A DNA stretch of 63,787 nt, filler included, from an uncultured Methanosarcinales archaeon (GTDB lineage: Archaea > Nanobdellota > Nanobdellia > Woesearchaeales > CAYZNE01), in assembly GCA_964405295.1 (NCBI GenBank). It is 3 parts of 2 records of this genome, joined end to end, with 100 filler letters (N's around TTAATTAATTAA, not from the genome) between each part and the next. Parts side by side here need not be neighbours in the genome. Positions count along the whole stretch, not along the records: positions 20,798 to 46,552 come from CAYONI010000004.1; 2 more parts are not named here. One strand, given 5' to 3'. The notes under the pieces were generated by a model that did no database searches, was not told the DNA's origin, and saw nothing but the letters and a program-made list of their open reading frames with translations. Shown here piece after piece: positions 24,156-34,083 of the stretch. The translations under genes were made by a program, and so were the position numbers. Position 1 is the first letter of the stretch; the number at the start of each line of letters is the position of its first letter.

Positions 24156-25553
24156 TTGTCTCTTAGGATTTTTGTGTTTATCATCAGCATTAAATTTATA
24201 AAAGAACTCTCTTTTCTTAGCTTTATGCCAAAGAAGAAAGCTGATACTAAAGAAAAGAAGGTTACTAAAAAAGAAGCTTCTAAACCAAAAGTTGCAAAAA
24301 AGGTTGTAAAAAAAGAATTAAGCCCAATTGAGTTAGGGCAACCAGAAGTTAATATAGGCTTAGTTGGTCATGTTGATCATGGTAAAACAACTCTTACAGA
24401 GCAATTATCTGGTAAATGGACAGATACTCATTCTGAAGAATTAAAGAGAGGAATAACTATAAGATTGGGTTATGCAGATTCTATTATAAGAAAGTGTCCT
24501 AAATGTGATGATCCTGATTGTTGGACAACAATGAAAATTTGTCCTGTTCATATGGTTCCCACAGAACCAGTGAGAAAAATATCTTTTGTTGATGCGCCAG
24601 GACATGAAAGTTTAATGGCAACAATGCTTGCAGGGACAACCATTATGGATGGTGCACTATTATTAATTTCTGCAAACGAGAAATGCCCTCAACCACAAAC
24701 GAGAGAACATATCACCGCACTTGAGATTGCAGGAATAAAAAAAGTTATAGTTCTTCAAAACAAAGTTGATGTTGTTGCAAAAGAAGATGCTGTTGAAAAT
24801 TATAATCAAATAAAAGAATTCTTGGCAAGCACTGCCTATGCAGACGCCCCGATAATCCCCATAAGTGCTAAAAGGGGGGTTAATATTGATGTTCTACTAA
24901 AAACAATACAAGAAGTTATTGTTACTCCAAAAAGAGATGAGAAAAAAGATCCTGAAATGTTTATTGCAAGGTCTTTTGATATAAATAAACCTGGTTCAAA
25001 AGCCGAGAAGCTTCAGGGTGGAGTTCTTGGTGGTGTTGTTGTTAGAGGAAAACTTAAAATTGGAGACAAAGTCGAAATAAGACCAGGTCACACAATAACT
25101 AAAAACAATCAAATAACTGCTGAACCAATTTTCACAACAATTCAAAGTATAATTTCTGGTGGTAAAAAAGTAGAAGAAATTCTTCCAGGAGGATCAATGG
25201 CTCTAATGACAGATTTAGATCCAAGTATTGTTAATTCAGATTCTCTTGCAGGAAATGTTGTTGGTTTGCCTGATAAACTTCCGCCAATAAGAGGAGAGCT
25301 AAAACTAAAGGTAACACTTTTAGAAAGAGTTGTTGGTTCTGATGATGATCTTCTTGTGAATCCCATTGCCAAGAATGAAGTTCTAATGCTTAATGTTAAT
25401 TCTGCAACAACAGTTGGTACTGTAATCAAGGTTCACAAAGACATTGTTGAGTGCAAGCTTAAACTTCCTGTCTGCGCTCAGAATTCTAGAGTTACAATTT
25501 CTAGACGAATTGGTAATAGATTTAGACTGATTGGTTATGGTTTGATTGAGTAG
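24156..25553 (+). CDS. eif2g: Translation initiation factor 2 gamma subunit (probable start 24225)
   Basis: QPEVNIG, GHVDHGKT, RGITIRLGY, zinc knuckle, DAPGH, NKVD, RFRLIGYG. Confidence 0.97.
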   Translation: MSLRIFVFIISIKFIKELSFLSFMPKKKADTKEKKVTKKEASKPKVAKKVVKKELSPIELGQPEVNIGLVGHVDHGKTTLTEQLSGKWTDTHSEELKRGITIRLGYADSIIRKCPKCDDPDCWTTMKICPVHMVPTEPVRKISFVDAPGHESLMATMLAGTTIMDGALLLISANEKCPQPQTREHITALEIAGIKKVIVLQNKVDVVAKEDAVENYNQIKEFLASTAYADAPIIPISAKRGVNIDVLLKTIQEVIVTPKRDEKKDPEMFIARSFDINKPGSKAEKLQGGVLGGVVVRGKLKIGDKVEIRPGHTITKNNQITAEPIFTTIQSIISGGKKVEEILPGGSMALMTDLDPSIVNSDSLAGNVVGLPDKLPPIRGELKLKVTLLERVVGSDDDLLVNPIAKNEVLMLNVNSATTVGTVIKVHKDIVECKLKLPVCAQNSRVTISRRIGNRFRLIGYGLIE

Positions 25554-25599
25554 ATTGTTCTATAAGATAAGTTATTATAATATTAAGAAGTTCTTATTA

Positions 25600-25632
25600 G
25601 AAATAAAAGAAAAAAATAAAAGAAAAAGAAAA
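25600..25632 (-). terminator. Oligo-T terminator of the pilin gene
   Basis: Repeated T runs on the minus strand directly after the pilin stop codon. Confidence 0.55.
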
Positions 25633-26088
25633 CTAGTTTGCACAAGTTCCTTCTAATTTATGGCCATCACCAGTAAATGTATATTCTGCATTTGTTGCTT
25701 GATCAGTGTATGTTATACTAACATCATATGAAAATGATCCTGTACATGCAGCACCAGTAGTTCCTGTTAAAGTTCCTGTTTGTCCTGGTGTTAATACTCC
25801 AGTTCCAGTAGTCATAGTAAATGTGCTAATATTTAATTCACTAATATCTACTGCTGTATCCATGTTGTTTCTTACATTTAATGTAATAGCTCCATCAGAT
25901 GCAATTGCATATGAATCTATTGCAACATCTGTGCTCTTCCAATAAGAAGCTGCTGCTTTTTTACTTACTCCTGTACCAATGCCTGGAATTCCTCCCATAA
26001 CACCAACTACTATCAATGCAACAACGATTACGACTGCTAAAATTATCAGATATTCTGTTGCTGTTTGTCCTTTTTTGTTAAAAAACAT
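25633..26088 (-). CDS. Type IV pilin, candidate major pilin
   Basis: KKG/QTATEYL class III signal with E+5; GAGGTGA ribosome-binding site; lies after the assembly genes. Confidence 0.85.
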   Translation of the reverse strand: MFFNKKGQTATEYLIILAVVIVVALIVVGVMGGIPGIGTGVSKKAAASYWKSTDVAIDSYAIASDGAITLNVRNNMDTAVDISELNISTFTMTTGTGVLTPGQTGTLTGTTGAACTGSFSYDVSITYTDQATNAEYTFTGDGHKLEGTCAN

Positions 26089-26202
26089 TATCTATCACCT
26101 CAAAGTTTTATTTGTAGTTAATATATGTAATATACTAATAACCATATCAGTTGGGTTAAGTGTTTATAAATCTTTTGTTATCTTTCAGTATGGTTAGCTT
26201 TG

Positions 26203-27204
26203 CTAAAGCATTGAACCAAAGAAAGTAGATACAACGAATCTTGAAAACATAAATATCACAACAACTCCTATTATTAGTGCAGGAGCATATTTAAACCCTG
26301 AGGTCATTTTTCCTTTCATTATTACACCTAATAACATGCTTGCAAGTAAAGCTGTTAAAATAAGCATTGCGAAAGATATTATTATTAAAAAGGCTGGTTG
26401 GATTGCAACAGCACCTGAAGAAAACCCAACATCAAAAGCTGCATCTGCGGTGCTTGTGCTTCCACCAATAGCAGAAAATCCTGATATCATTGTAACAAAA
26501 TGTATAGATATTGAAAGAAGTGTTGGTGTTCCAAATAACACTGTAAAAAGAATAAATGCAGTATAAGTTTTTGTTTTGGTTACAAGATCATTTCTAAGCA
26601 TTCTTGTTTCTCTTATATCTTTTGCTAAATCATCAAGTAAGCCAGCCATATTATTTCCAGTGCTTATAGATGATGCTTGTAATTTAAGTACACGTTCAAG
26701 CATCACAGATTTTATTCTAGTATTTATTTCAAGTAATACTTTTGTAAATGAGTTTGATCCAAATGACTTATTTATCGCATTATTTATTTCTTCTGATAGT
26801 GCTCCGAACTCTTTTCTTGCAGAGAGTTTTAATGCCTTGAATGGTGTTAATCCTGCTTTTATATTATTAGACATTAATTGTAGTTGATCTGGTAATACTT
26901 TTTCAACATGTTCTATACGTTTCTCAACTTTGAAGTATATTAAAAGATAGGTTAGTAAGTGAATGGCTACAAATCCTGTAATCCCAATTAATACAATTAA
27001 AATATATGAAGAAATGTTTGTATAATAATAAGTATATAGCATTGCAATTGCTGCAATAAGAATAGATAAGATTGTTGTAGATCCAAGATAAAGATCAATA
27101 TTGTTCTCTTCACCTGCATATCTTGTCATCTCCTTAAAATTATTATAATATGCAGTAGGTATAATTTTTGCAAGTGAAATATATATTCTATTTTTTGATT
27201 CCAT
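26203..27204 (-). CDS. TadC/FlaJ-like pilus platform protein
   Basis: LPDQLQLMSNNIKAGLTP...EFGALSEE T2SS-F-like domain plus TMs. Confidence 0.88.
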   Translation of the reverse strand: MESKNRIYISLAKIIPTAYYNNFKEMTRYAGEENNIDLYLGSTTILSILIAAIAMLYTYYYTNISSYILIVLIGITGFVAIHLLTYLLIYFKVEKRIEHVEKVLPDQLQLMSNNIKAGLTPFKALKLSARKEFGALSEEINNAINKSFGSNSFTKVLLEINTRIKSVMLERVLKLQASSISTGNNMAGLLDDLAKDIRETRMLRNDLVTKTKTYTAFILFTVLFGTPTLLSISIHFVTMISGFSAIGGSTSTADAAFDVGFSSGAVAIQPAFLIIISFAMLILTALLASMLLGVIMKGKMTSGFKYAPALIIGVVVIFMFSRFVVSTFFGSML

Positions 27205-27228
27205 TTTATTTAGTTATGTAATAACTTA

Positions 27229-28140
27229 TTAAAATTCTACCATTGGTCTTCTTGATTTAATTAATACGATTATTATTAATTGAATGACCATTGTAATTCC
27301 TATAAAGATAATAAGTACTGTTTCGTTTATCCCGACATCTGCAAATGAAGATAAGATAATCATCATAGTCATTCCAATTGTTGGTGCCGCCACAGCAAAA
27401 AGCATATATATTAAAGACCATAAGTTAAGTTCATTAGCATAGCCAATAATATTTGACCTTTGCATTGTTATAAGGTCATTAACTATTGCATCTAAGGATT
27501 GTTTTAAATCTCCACCTGCTTTGAGAGTATTTATTAATTGCCAAAGCACTTTCTTTAAATAATCAGATTCTACTGAATTTGAAAGCATTTCAAGGGCTTC
27601 AAGTGTGGGGGTATTTGTATTTATTTTTTTAACAACTTTAGAAAACTCAATTGAGACTTCTCCATAGTTAGATTTTGAAATGTTATACATTGCTTCAAAA
27701 AAAGAAGAACCTGCAGATGTGTGTAAAAGAAGATCTTTCACTGCAAACATAAGGTGTTTATTTATTTCTCCTGCTTTCTTTTTCTTTAGTATCCCAGGAT
27801 ATTTAATAAATATTAAAAATAATAATAATATTATAACGAAGAAAGACATAAAAGTAAGAAGTATTACTTTAGTAATAGAGTGGTCTTGTGATGATGCAAG
27901 AATATACATTAGTATTGCAAAAAAGGTTGATATAATAAACGAAGATAAAAGAGCTGAAATCGTATAATACTCCGGCATTGTATTTAAGCCAGAGTAGCCA
28001 AGGTTTTCTTTAAGATTTGGGAATAATTCCGACAAAGTTTTTCCAAGTCCCTTCAATCTCTTAAGTTTTTTATGGCAGAATTCAGGAGTAACAAAAAGAA
28101 AAGGAACTTTCGGTTCTGGCAGTTTCTTATCTGTTCTCAT
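27229..28140 (-). CDS. TadB/TadC-like pilus platform protein
   Basis: AG.S.FEAM..YGEVSIEF, LWQLINTLKAGGDL plus TMs. Confidence 0.88.
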   Translation of the reverse strand: MRTDKKLPEPKVPFLFVTPEFCHKKLKRLKGLGKTLSELFPNLKENLGYSGLNTMPEYYTISALLSSFIISTFFAILMYILASSQDHSITKVILLTFMSFFVIILLLFLIFIKYPGILKKKKAGEINKHLMFAVKDLLLHTSAGSSFFEAMYNISKSNYGEVSIEFSKVVKKINTNTPTLEALEMLSNSVESDYLKKVLWQLINTLKAGGDLKQSLDAIVNDLITMQRSNIIGYANELNLWSLIYMLFAVAAPTIGMTMMIILSSFADVGINETVLIIFIGITMVIQLIIIVLIKSRRPMVEF

Positions 28141-30250
28141 TAATATTCCTCTTAAATGCTTTTAATAAGAAGTTTTTCTTAGAATTCTTAGTATTTGTTG
28201 ATTTTTTTAATAATAAAGAATTATTCACTTTGGTATTATTTTTAAATACGTATAATATTTTAATTAAGGGTTTTATTTTATTTTTTATTTTATTTAGAAT
28301 TGGTTTTTTTTGAGCAGTTTTTGTTTTAGTGATATCTTCTTCTGTATGTTTAATATGATTATTCTCTTCTTCTTTGGAATTAATCGCTTCTGTTTTTTCT
28401 ATTTCTGGCAGGTCAGGTATGTTCTCTGTTGAAGTATTAGGAGTCATAGAATCAAATCTTTTTTTAACTTCATCAAAAGAAAGATTTTCTTTAGCACCAT
28501 TTATAAGAATATTTGGGTCTTTATAGTAAACTCTCATTATTTCCCCAATTTGATCAATATCTTCATAGTTATTATCAACCATCCAATGAAGAATGGCCTT
28601 TTTATTTAAGAGATCTGCTTCAATTTCATTAGGTGTTATCCCTGCGTGTAAACTAAGATCTTCATATATCCTTCTACTGGCATTAACTTTTTCAAAAGTA
28701 TCTGAACGCGGATGCCATCTGTAAAGATAATTTAAACTAATATCTTTTCCCTCATCTATAATTTCAACAATTTCTCTTGTTCTTCTTTTTCCTGTCTTTC
28801 TGTCTCTAAATTGAATAATAATAAGGTGTAATGAGCCAAGTTCGGTTTTGGGAATTTGAATTGGAGGTTCAAGAAGTCTTTTTTGTACTTGTGATGCAGT
28901 ATCTGCATGCATTGTAGAATATACACAATGACCAGTGTGCATTGCTTCAAAAAGTGCTTGCGCTTGATCTTTTCTTCTTATTTCTCCGACTATAATTCTA
29001 TCTGGCCTCATTCTCAATGAAGCAACAATAAGGTCAAGCATTGATACTCCTTTTTTGGAATCAGTATTTTCATTCTTACTAACTAAAGGAACCCAGTTCC
29101 AATATAAGTTTTCTGGAAGAGAAAGTTCTCTTGTATCTTCTGCGCTCAGTATTCTATTTTTTGGTTGAATAAAAGAAGTTAAAACATTTAACATAGATGT
29201 TTTTCCTGATGCTGTTCCTCCTGCAATAATAATATTAAATTCATATTGTATACATAGCCAAAGAAATGCTGCAATCTCTTCTGAAAAAAGGTTAATTTTG
29301 TCATTTAAGAACTGTGTTATGGTCCATGGTTTCTTGGCAAATTTTCTTATGGTGATAGTGTTCCCACGACTACTTATAGGATAAATTGTAGATGCAACCC
29401 GATCTCCTGTTACTAAACGTGCATCCATTATAGGAGTTGACGCATTTATTTGTCTTCCGGATTTTCTTCCGATTTGTGAGGACAAATTAAATATTTCGCT
29501 TTCTGAAGTTAAGTAAAGAAAGGATTTTAACCAGCCATATTTTTTATGATAAATAGATATTGGTTCTACTGCCCCATTGATTGCAACCTCTTCTAGGAAG
29601 TCATCACCAAGTACAAGTTCAACTGTGTCAAGTCCGTACATTTTGTGAAAAAGTATTCCTGCTAGTGAAGCAATAAGTTCATCTTTATCGTCAGGCAGCC
29701 ATTTTTTAATAACTTCAATAAGTTTTAGAATATATTTTTCCTTTATTTCAACTACTTTTTTTGGATCGTTGCTGTCATCAATATAAATTGGCATGTTTCT
29801 TGTTAGTTCATCCATTATTGAAATCAGCATTGCTTTTGTTCCTTTGCCAATTTCTGGTGAAATAAGTTCATAGATATTTACATCTTCTTTGGGAAGAGAC
29901 CAAATCATAATTTTAACATTTAATCCATCGCAAGAATATTCATACTCTTCCTCAAGCTCTTTTGATCCAGTGTAATCAGAAATCTTACCTTTAATTAATG
30001 CAATATCTTTATAGTCCCATTCAGAATTTATTATTTTTATTTTTGGGCTTTTAAATATATTAAAGGGGTAAGTGACTTCTATTATTCCCTGTTTTTCAAG
30101 TAATTCAAGAAAAGGCTCTATTGTGTTTTCAGGAACACCTAAGTCTAATGACATATTTTTAAGTGTAACATATTTGTTTTCAGGATTAACTTTTTCTTGA
30201 ATATAAGTAAGAATTTTATCTGGAAGGGTTATTATATTATTTATCGTCAT
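28127..30250 (-). CDS. Type IV pilus assembly ATPase (TadA/VirB11/FlaI family)
   Basis: GGTASGKT, EDTREL, LRMRPDRIIVGEIR, HTGH and TMHA motifs. Confidence 0.93.
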   Translation of the reverse strand: MTINNIITLPDKILTYIQEKVNPENKYVTLKNMSLDLGVPENTIEPFLELLEKQGIIEVTYPFNIFKSPKIKIINSEWDYKDIALIKGKISDYTGSKELEEEYEYSCDGLNVKIMIWSLPKEDVNIYELISPEIGKGTKAMLISIMDELTRNMPIYIDDSNDPKKVVEIKEKYILKLIEVIKKWLPDDKDELIASLAGILFHKMYGLDTVELVLGDDFLEEVAINGAVEPISIYHKKYGWLKSFLYLTSESEIFNLSSQIGRKSGRQINASTPIMDARLVTGDRVASTIYPISSRGNTITIRKFAKKPWTITQFLNDKINLFSEEIAAFLWLCIQYEFNIIIAGGTASGKTSMLNVLTSFIQPKNRILSAEDTRELSLPENLYWNWVPLVSKNENTDSKKGVSMLDLIVASLRMRPDRIIVGEIRRKDQAQALFEAMHTGHCVYSTMHADTASQVQKRLLEPPIQIPKTELGSLHLIIIQFRDRKTGKRRTREIVEIIDEGKDISLNYLYRWHPRSDTFEKVNASRRIYEDLSLHAGITPNEIEADLLNKKAILHWMVDNNYEDIDQIGEIMRVYYKDPNILINGAKENLSFDEVKKRFDSMTPNTSTENIPDLPEIEKTEAINSKEEENNHIKHTEEDITKTKTAQKKPILNKIKNKIKPLIKILYVFKNNTKVNNSLLLKKSTNTKNSKKNFLLKAFKRNINENR

Positions 30251-30996
30251 CTTATTATTAATCCTTTTGGTCCTACTATTACCTTATGCATGTAGGTTGA
30301 GTGGTCTGTTGCCCTCATTTTATATACCTCAAGAATTTTCTCCCTCTTTTTTATTGTACGTACTGTATAAATATCTATTTCACTATCGACTTCATAATCT
30401 GCTTCAAGTGTGTTATGTCTTTCTAATGATTGTGAGTTTTCTGCAATAAGAACTGCTGTGCATTCCCATTTTCTTATAAGATTAAAAAGTTTAAGTAGCT
30501 CTTCTCTTCTTCTTATTGAAGACTCATAAAGCGATGTTAATGCTGTAAGAGAGTCAATTACTAATCTTTTTGCATTTATGCTTTGTATAACATCGGCAAC
30601 AATCCCTCCACCAGTTCTAATGACATTATCAACCTGTTCAGGGGTATATTCAAGAAATATAAATTTGCCTGATTCTTCAAGCTTCTGGAGGTCCCAACCA
30701 AAAACAAGCATTTCTGCATAAACATTTTCTTTTGTTTCTTCAAAACTTACATATACTCCTGGTTCATCATATTTTAATATTCCATTAACTATAAATTGCA
30801 TAGAAAAAATACTTTTATTAGTTCCTGCATCTCCTGAAATTAAGTTTATACTTCCTTTAACAAAGCCTCCTTCAACAAGTTCATCAAAACCAGGAATTCC
30901 TGTTTGTGTACGGTTCATCTTTTGACTCTTCACAATTCCATAAGAAGTTTCCTCTGGGTTTTCAGTTGTTTTTGGCTGATCAGTTAATTTTTCCAT
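30247..30996 (-). CDS. KaiC/RAD55-like single-domain ATPase
   Basis: TGIPGFDELVEGG, YVSFEE, RLVIDS, KMRATDH; Walker A reads GDAGTNKS. Confidence 0.88.
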   Translation of the reverse strand: MEKLTDQPKTTENPEETSYGIVKSQKMNRTQTGIPGFDELVEGGFVKGSINLISGDAGTNKSIFSMQFIVNGILKYDEPGVYVSFEETKENVYAEMLVFGWDLQKLEESGKFIFLEYTPEQVDNVIRTGGGIVADVIQSINAKRLVIDSLTALTSLYESSIRRREELLKLFNLIRKWECTAVLIAENSQSLERHNTLEADYEVDSEIDIYTVRTIKKREKILEVYKMRATDHSTYMHKVIVGPKGLIIR

Positions 30997-31262
30997 TCAT
31001 AAAATCCTCTTATATATAATAAATATTTTATTAGATTATAATATTTATCTACTAATAAATGGTGTTCTTATTAAAATAATATTTAGTATCAATTGATTTT
31101 TATAATTAATATATCTAGTCTTGATATCAAAAGCATCATTTAAATAGATTTCGAATACCTTAGTAATAATGTCTAGATTTGTTAATAAATTCTTATCTGT
31201 AGAATTTTTTTGGGTAATAATTTTAATAACTTTTCAAATAAGTGAATTATAAACTTATCCTG

Positions 31263-31277
31263 CGAAACGTTTATAAA
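31263..31277 (+). promoter_or_regulatory. BRE-TATA promoter of the adhesin operon
   Basis: CGAAACG-TTTATAAA about 50 nt upstream of ATG 31325. Confidence 0.55.
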
Positions 31278-31324
31278 ATCCTATTTGGTAAATAAAGCAA
31301 AGGGTGTGAGGATTATATCTACAA

Positions 31325-34078
31325 ATGAGTAAGGGGCAAACGAGTATAGAGACATTAATAATAATAAGTGTAATGCTTTTATTATTATCAACTTTACTTT
31401 TTTCTGGGCAAAAAGCATATGGGGTTGTTTCTGATAAATTAATAAACGAAAGAGCAAAAAGTAGTTTGCTTAGTATTGAAGAAGCAGGAAATATAGTTTT
31501 TACATCTGGAACTAATTCAAAGATGTATGTTAAAATTTCTTTGCCAATAGGAATTAGTTCTTCGTATATTACAAATAGAACAATAGAATTTTCTACAGAA
31601 GGAGGGAAGAGAATAATAATTAATCTTGACTATCCTGTTGTTGGATCTTTGCCAACAACGCAAGGGGATCATACTTTGCTTATTGAATCAAAAGGGGAAT
31701 ACATTCTTATTAACAGCCCTCTTTTTACAATTTCTCCTTCATCAGTTATGGCTGATTTGCCAAAAGATGAAAACTTATCACAACAAGTGGTAATAAAAAA
31801 TGTGTTTAATGAAACAATAAATTTAACTCTTGAAGTAGATGATATGTCACAGTATATAACATTAAGTGATCAATCATTTCAATTAATTCAAAATCAATCT
31901 AGAAGCGTGACTTTGTGGCAATATAGTAATATAAGTTATGGCAAATATGTAGATTTTTTACCAATTTCTGCAACATCCATAATTTCTGGATCTAATCAGC
32001 GTATATTATTTCCTGTGTATTTGGATGTTACACAGGCAAGCATTTTTTATGGTAGTGGAAATATTGAGGGCACAATAGGTTTTATTCCTGATTTTCGAGA
32101 TTTTGAACAAGTAATTCCGAATCAAGAATATTCAACATCATTTATATTATTCTCTGGGTTGAATGTAACAAGAATAATTAATTTATCTTTTACATCACTA
32201 AATAATTGGCACTCATTTACCCCCTTTTCTAGTGGTTTAACCACAACTTCTCAAGTTGTTCTTGATTCTCTTGGATATGAAACCATTGATGTATATCTTA
32301 AGTTAAATTCAACTGCACAACCAGGATATTATGATGCAACTTTAAATGCAATTTATGGAGAGGGGCAAACAAGTGCAATCTTTTATTATGAAAGACCTTT
32401 AGATATTTCTTCACCAATTGTAAATAATACAAACATTACTTCAACTATTATTTCTTTTGGCAACTATGTTTGTGTATCTGCGGAAGCATATGACGATGTT
32501 GGTATTTCATCAGTTGAATTAACATATACTGACCCTAATGATGACCCCTTTGTCGTTTTTATGAATGATACTTTAACCTCAAATACAACCAATGTGACTT
32601 GTGCACAGAATATTAGTGATAATGTTTATGGTTTTTTTCTATTTGTTGAAAGCACCGGAGATTATACACTTACAGAGGTCAAAGCATATGATTTTGAAAA
32701 TAAAACTGGTAGTGAATATCCAAATATAGTTGTTCAAGGAAGTCATAATCTTTATGGGACAGGACCTTTTAGTGGAAATGTAATGGAAGAACCTAATGAT
32801 GGATGTACTTACGGGGGGGATACTTGGCCTGGATCTGTTGTGGCATTTTCTAGTGATAATCAAGAAACCAATGCTCATGATGATGGAAATAGGTGTGGTA
32901 GTTCTGCTTCCAGCTGTTGTGGTGGTCCTGTATGCTGTGCCTATACATCTTGTCCATGTTGGGCACCTGATTGGGTTCAATTTGATTTTTTAGATCTTGG
33001 AGTTCCTGATGTGCCAATAACAAATGTTGATTTAACAATTAGGCACAGGGACGATTTAACTTTGCAAGGCCAATTAAATACACAAATAGAAGCGCATAAT
33101 GTTCGGCATATGATTCAGTGTTATAATGGTGCTGAGTGGGTAGATATAGAGCCTTACGAATTATCCTTAAATGCAACTGAATATATTGAGTATAATAATA
33201 TTGACATTAGTACTTGTGTTCATGATAGTGATGTTGCAAACAATATAAAAATTCGTATGACCTTTGATCCTTTTGATGATACAGGTAGTATGCTCTATGT
33301 GGACTATGTTAGTGCAATTGTTGACACAAGTCCTGCATTTACACCTAGTCTTTGGGATATGGATTCTGATTTGCCAATGCCTGTTGATTTCACTTCAGGA
33401 TTAAATTCTTCTTCAAATACTTTTGGTTTGCAAGTGAATAGTGACGATGGTTGGGATTGGCAAGATCAAGTTTATAGTGATGAAGTATTAAACTCAGATT
33501 ATGTTTTACATTATGATCCAAGTAATTTGTCTGATGAAATTTCTTCTGATAGAATAGAAGTAAAAATAGGTGGGGTGAATAGTGGTACAGAAGAGGTAGT
33601 TGCTAGTGGTGCCTGGGGAGTTGAATTTAATATTACTCCAGAAATGTATGATGTAATTTCACAAAGTGGTGCTGTTGCATATTTTTCAATGACCTTCTAT
33701 GTTGAAGATCTTTACTTAGCTACCGATGGACTTGGTATGGGCGGTGCATGGGTTAAGGCAAGAATAAGTAATGGAGAACAATCTAATTATCTTGGTTCTA
33801 ATTTAGACAATTTGGGGTCAGGAGAACCGCATTATTCTGATACAACCCCTGAACTGTGGGCGGCAGTAGATATTGCTGATCCAGGGTGGGGCAGTGACGC
33901 ATTTGGGATAGGAATAGTATATAGATCTTATTCTGAAGAAATTACCCAATACATTACTTCTCCTGGCCAATATTATTTAGATTTTGGTGGAAAGGCAAGT
34001 TGGGAAGGTGGTTCTAAAGCAAATGACGAAGGATTGGGTGTTTACTTTGACAATATCAGAATCCTAATTAAATATTAA
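31325..34078 (+). CDS. Large pilin-like adhesin
   Basis: KG/QTSIE class III signal, beta-rich domains, paralog of the next ORF. Confidence 0.8.
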   Translation: MSKGQTSIETLIIISVMLLLLSTLLFSGQKAYGVVSDKLINERAKSSLLSIEEAGNIVFTSGTNSKMYVKISLPIGISSSYITNRTIEFSTEGGKRIIINLDYPVVGSLPTTQGDHTLLIESKGEYILINSPLFTISPSSVMADLPKDENLSQQVVIKNVFNETINLTLEVDDMSQYITLSDQSFQLIQNQSRSVTLWQYSNISYGKYVDFLPISATSIISGSNQRILFPVYLDVTQASIFYGSGNIEGTIGFIPDFRDFEQVIPNQEYSTSFILFSGLNVTRIINLSFTSLNNWHSFTPFSSGLTTTSQVVLDSLGYETIDVYLKLNSTAQPGYYDATLNAIYGEGQTSAIFYYERPLDISSPIVNNTNITSTIISFGNYVCVSAEAYDDVGISSVELTYTDPNDDPFVVFMNDTLTSNTTNVTCAQNISDNVYGFFLFVESTGDYTLTEVKAYDFENKTGSEYPNIVVQGSHNLYGTGPFSGNVMEEPNDGCTYGGDTWPGSVVAFSSDNQETNAHDDGNRCGSSASSCCGGPVCCAYTSCPCWAPDWVQFDFLDLGVPDVPITNVDLTIRHRDDLTLQGQLNTQIEAHNVRHMIQCYNGAEWVDIEPYELSLNATEYIEYNNIDISTCVHDSDVANNIKIRMTFDPFDDTGSMLYVDYVSAIVDTSPAFTPSLWDMDSDLPMPVDFTSGLNSSSNTFGLQVNSDDGWDWQDQVYSDEVLNSDYVLHYDPSNLSDEISSDRIEVKIGGVNSGTEEVVASGAWGVEFNITPEMYDVISQSGAVAYFSMTFYVEDLYLATDGLGMGGAWVKARISNGEQSNYLGSNLDNLGSGEPHYSDTTPELWAAVDIADPGWGSDAFGIGIVYRSYSEEITQYITSPGQYYLDFGGKASWEGGSKANDEGLGVYFDNIRILIKY

Positions 34079-34083
34079 AAAAT

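Noticed and set aside
31030..31235. Stop-free minus-strand frame of about 60 codons in the pilus intergenic region
   Set aside because: No start codon and no recognisable motif.
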